Assembly (NCBI RefSeq): GCF_009914755.1 | Contig: NC_060938.1 | Length of the DNA: 64,000 bases | Direction: 5' to 3' (one strand) | From: the human T2T-CHM13v2.0 reference genome, Homo sapiens | Shown here: positions 61,201 through 64,000 of the stretch, piece after piece | Layout: each line of letters starts with the position of its first letter | How positions within the stretch are numbered: position 1 is the stretch's first letter | Translations under genes and position numbers: made by a program | Notes under the pieces: generated by a model | What the model was told of the DNA's origin: nothing | Seen by the model: only the letters and a program-made list of their open reading frames with translations | Database searches by the model: none

Positions 61201-64000
61201 GCCTTCTATATTAAGGAGGCACTGCAGTACAGTGACTAGCATGTAACTGGAATGTATTAGATAACTCATCAAAGAGGCATGACTTGCTCAATAAATGACT
61301 GGACAGCTTCACCTTCTGCCAATGCATGTCCTGATGGCAAACAACCATGTTGATTTCATTATTGACTTATTTGTGTGTTGCTAGCTTGATCTAGAAAGGA
61401 TTAGAAATTATTGGACTCATCTTCTCCATCATTAATCATATTTCTGTTTTCATTTTTCAGATAAGGCAAAAATCGACTGATTTTTCTCCAATTATATATG
61501 CTTTTGTCTAGGTGTATTCTCTTGATGGTTATTCCAAAATAATTGTATTACAGCTGCTCACAGTTGAAAGTTGCTAGAAGTTAAATTGCTCCCTTTCAGT
61601 TTCCAATTTTGGGGGAGATCACTAAATTAAGCTGAATACTTAACTGATTTTTTTTATAAGCAATTGCCAATTACTTCAGGAATCACCATCACTGATATAA
61701 AATGTTTTGATATTGTTGTTTTTAACTAAGTTTCTCTTTCATGGAATGGAAAAAATCCCAGGGCACTATGTGGTCATTCTAGAGAAGGAAAGCTAACATA
61801 AGGAATTTTTGATTCTGTATGAAAAGTAATTGAGGAGGAGAGAAATGGAGGGTGAATTCCATCCTGGGAAAGTGGCCTGAAGGCAGAGTTCATATCAGAG
61901 GCTTCATCAAGGAGATGACCCAAAGGAAATTCACAGTCTTAACCCTCTCCTTAAGGACAGAGGAAAGAAAAGTAAGTAGGAGGAGAGCATGAGTGCTGTT
62001 TTAAAAAAATACGTATGCCTTTGATTTTCTCTTTTAAACTTTGGGACACGAAAAATTGCCAACAGGAATAAGAATTCTGATTCAAATATGACCATAGAAG
62101 TTATGATTTATTTTGAAGTCCCAAACACAAAAAATAATTGAGAAAGGCAGGTATAACAGTCTCCAACTTCTTCAAGTTGTGTGTACTAACAGCATCTGCC
62201 CAGTAGCTCCAGAGGGGAAAAAAAAAACCCAGGACCGAGGGGGCAAAGAGCTCTCTTAATAAAGGAACTCACTGCCTGAGAAAAGAACAGCTAAGGTGCT
62301 GTATTGAAAGATCTTTCCTCTCAATTACAGAAATACAAAGCACAGTATGGAACTGTGATTCACTCTCATTTTTGAGATGTGAGCTGCATTAAATTGCCAA
62401 AGCCTATGAAGAACAGCTCCAGCGATATGGACCACGAAGCCATTTCAAGGATTGCTCAGGAGTCTGAATCTCATTGTTCAGCAAAATGGTCATGAACAAT
62501 TGAGAATTGGTGTGTTCAGTGGGTGACACCATGCCACCATGGCCCAGTAAGGGGAACAGAGGCTCTGTGGTGTGGTGGGCAGCTCTACCAGAGGGGTCCC
62601 AGTCAGAGATTTCATTTCTTTGTTCCCACTCCTTCCACTTCCTTTAGCAAGAGGAAGTTGCCAGCTGCTTCACATGCAGGTGAGGCCAAAAAATTATTTT
62701 GAAGCACATTTTTCTTGTTATTTAAAACAATCGCTTTCATGGCTTCCCTTAGTTGCATGTGTGAATGAGTAGCTGTCATGGTCTGGGGAAGAGGGATGGT
62801 TGAGATCCTGAAGCCAGTTCTCAGCCAGCCTTCCTGGGGTCGGCTTGCTCACTTGGAAGGGACTATACATGTGAACTGATCACTAAGAGGGGAACATCTC
62901 GGCTTCAGGTCTTTTGAGGATGGAGTCCGGTGGGAGAGGAAGGGATCACCATGCCTCGAAGAGCAACCATAATGGAGTTCTCTTTGGCATTCATGGTAGC
63001 AGCTTGAACTGAGATCTTAGCTGAAAAACATTGCTTTTGACCCAACTTTTTGGATAGTTTTCCTGGTGCAGGTGATACTTCCTCTCCCTTTAGCCAGTAT
63101 CTTCCTAGTTGACTACAGTCTGAATTTCTATTTTTCCACATCTGTGAGAACGGTCATAGGAGTCCTGCCTGTCAGACTCATCTGGGAGGGCTTGGTTCCT
63201 GGTGGATGTAGCTGAGCAAGGAAAGAAAAAGCCTGAATGGAGAGTGTACTAGCTAGTTTGGCAGAAAGCTTCTTTAATGAACTTTAATTTGGGGAGCACA
63301 GAGTCCAGCCCTGAAAAGTTGCTAACACCTCAGCCTCTATGGTTCCTACGGGAACTAGAAACATCACCCAGCTTTTCTGCACTTGGGAAATAAAATTCAT
63401 CAGAAATATCCCACCAGAACCCCTCAGCTTCAGTCTGTGTCTTGAGATGGGGCTCTGCTGTATTGGACTTATTCTTCAGACACCTGAAGGGCCTAAGCAA
63501 TTCCAGGATGCAGAGTAGGAAGGATGTTAGAGTCTTGTTGGATAGATTAGAAGTTCTATTATTACTGCCACATGGGTGTTTTAGCCTCATTCTTTAGAAA
63601 TTACTGATGTGTTATTTGCACCTCAAACTCTATAGATTGTTCCTTGTTTATAGAGCATATAATTTGCACTTTCATAAAAGGCTCTCTATTTGTAAAATTG
63701 TTTGTGAAAAATATAACAATTAGACATTTTTATCCCGTGCCAAGTGATTTGAATGCCTGGGTGCAAAGCAATGGATTAGTTAATTTTTGTTATTTTAAAA
63801 ACTAAAACCTATAGGAGAGAGGCGAAGGAATAAAATCCTTTATAATACTGCTGTAATTGCAGATACTTATTTGAAATTTGATTTAAAAAAAAATGCCAGG
63901 CTTTTCTTGGAAAGGTTTCTGCTGGCTTTGAACTTTTTCAGCTAGCATTTGTGGGGAGCTGGTTGGAGTCACCTGGTGCAGATTCCTGAAACAGACATCA

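Overview
Primate, almost certainly human, genomic DNA: Alu-dense and CpG-depleted outside islands. It contains one complete protein-coding gene, DACT1 (Dapper homolog 1, a Dishevelled-binding Wnt/PCP regulator; from recall at 14q23.1), on the + strand. The four coding exons are 21280-21624, 23811-23943, 24667-24822 and 28333(or 28444)-30209. They join in frame at GT-AG junctions to give 836 aa (or 799 aa) ending in the PDZ-binding motif MTTV. The gene has a CpG-island promoter at about 20.6-21.95 kb and a 3' UTR of about 1.15 kb. The rest is repeats (about 30 Alus, two ERV1 solo LTRs, MER58A, old L1/L2/MIR/CR1 fragments, a 7SL pseudogene fragment, microsatellites) and unique non-coding DNA with candidate regulatory elements. 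Nearly all other ORFs in the track are Alu-derived or chance. I found no convincing undescribed biological system. The best leads are regulatory: a 21-aa uORF, tandem poly(A) signals bracketing a miR-30 site, three in-frame exon-4 acceptors, a possible upstream first exon, paired TCF/LEF sites, a perfect 16-bp hairpin upstream of the promoter, an intronic CTCF motif and a (GGAA)14 microsatellite. Repeat family names come from memory of consensus sequences, not from a search, and repeat boundaries are approximate.
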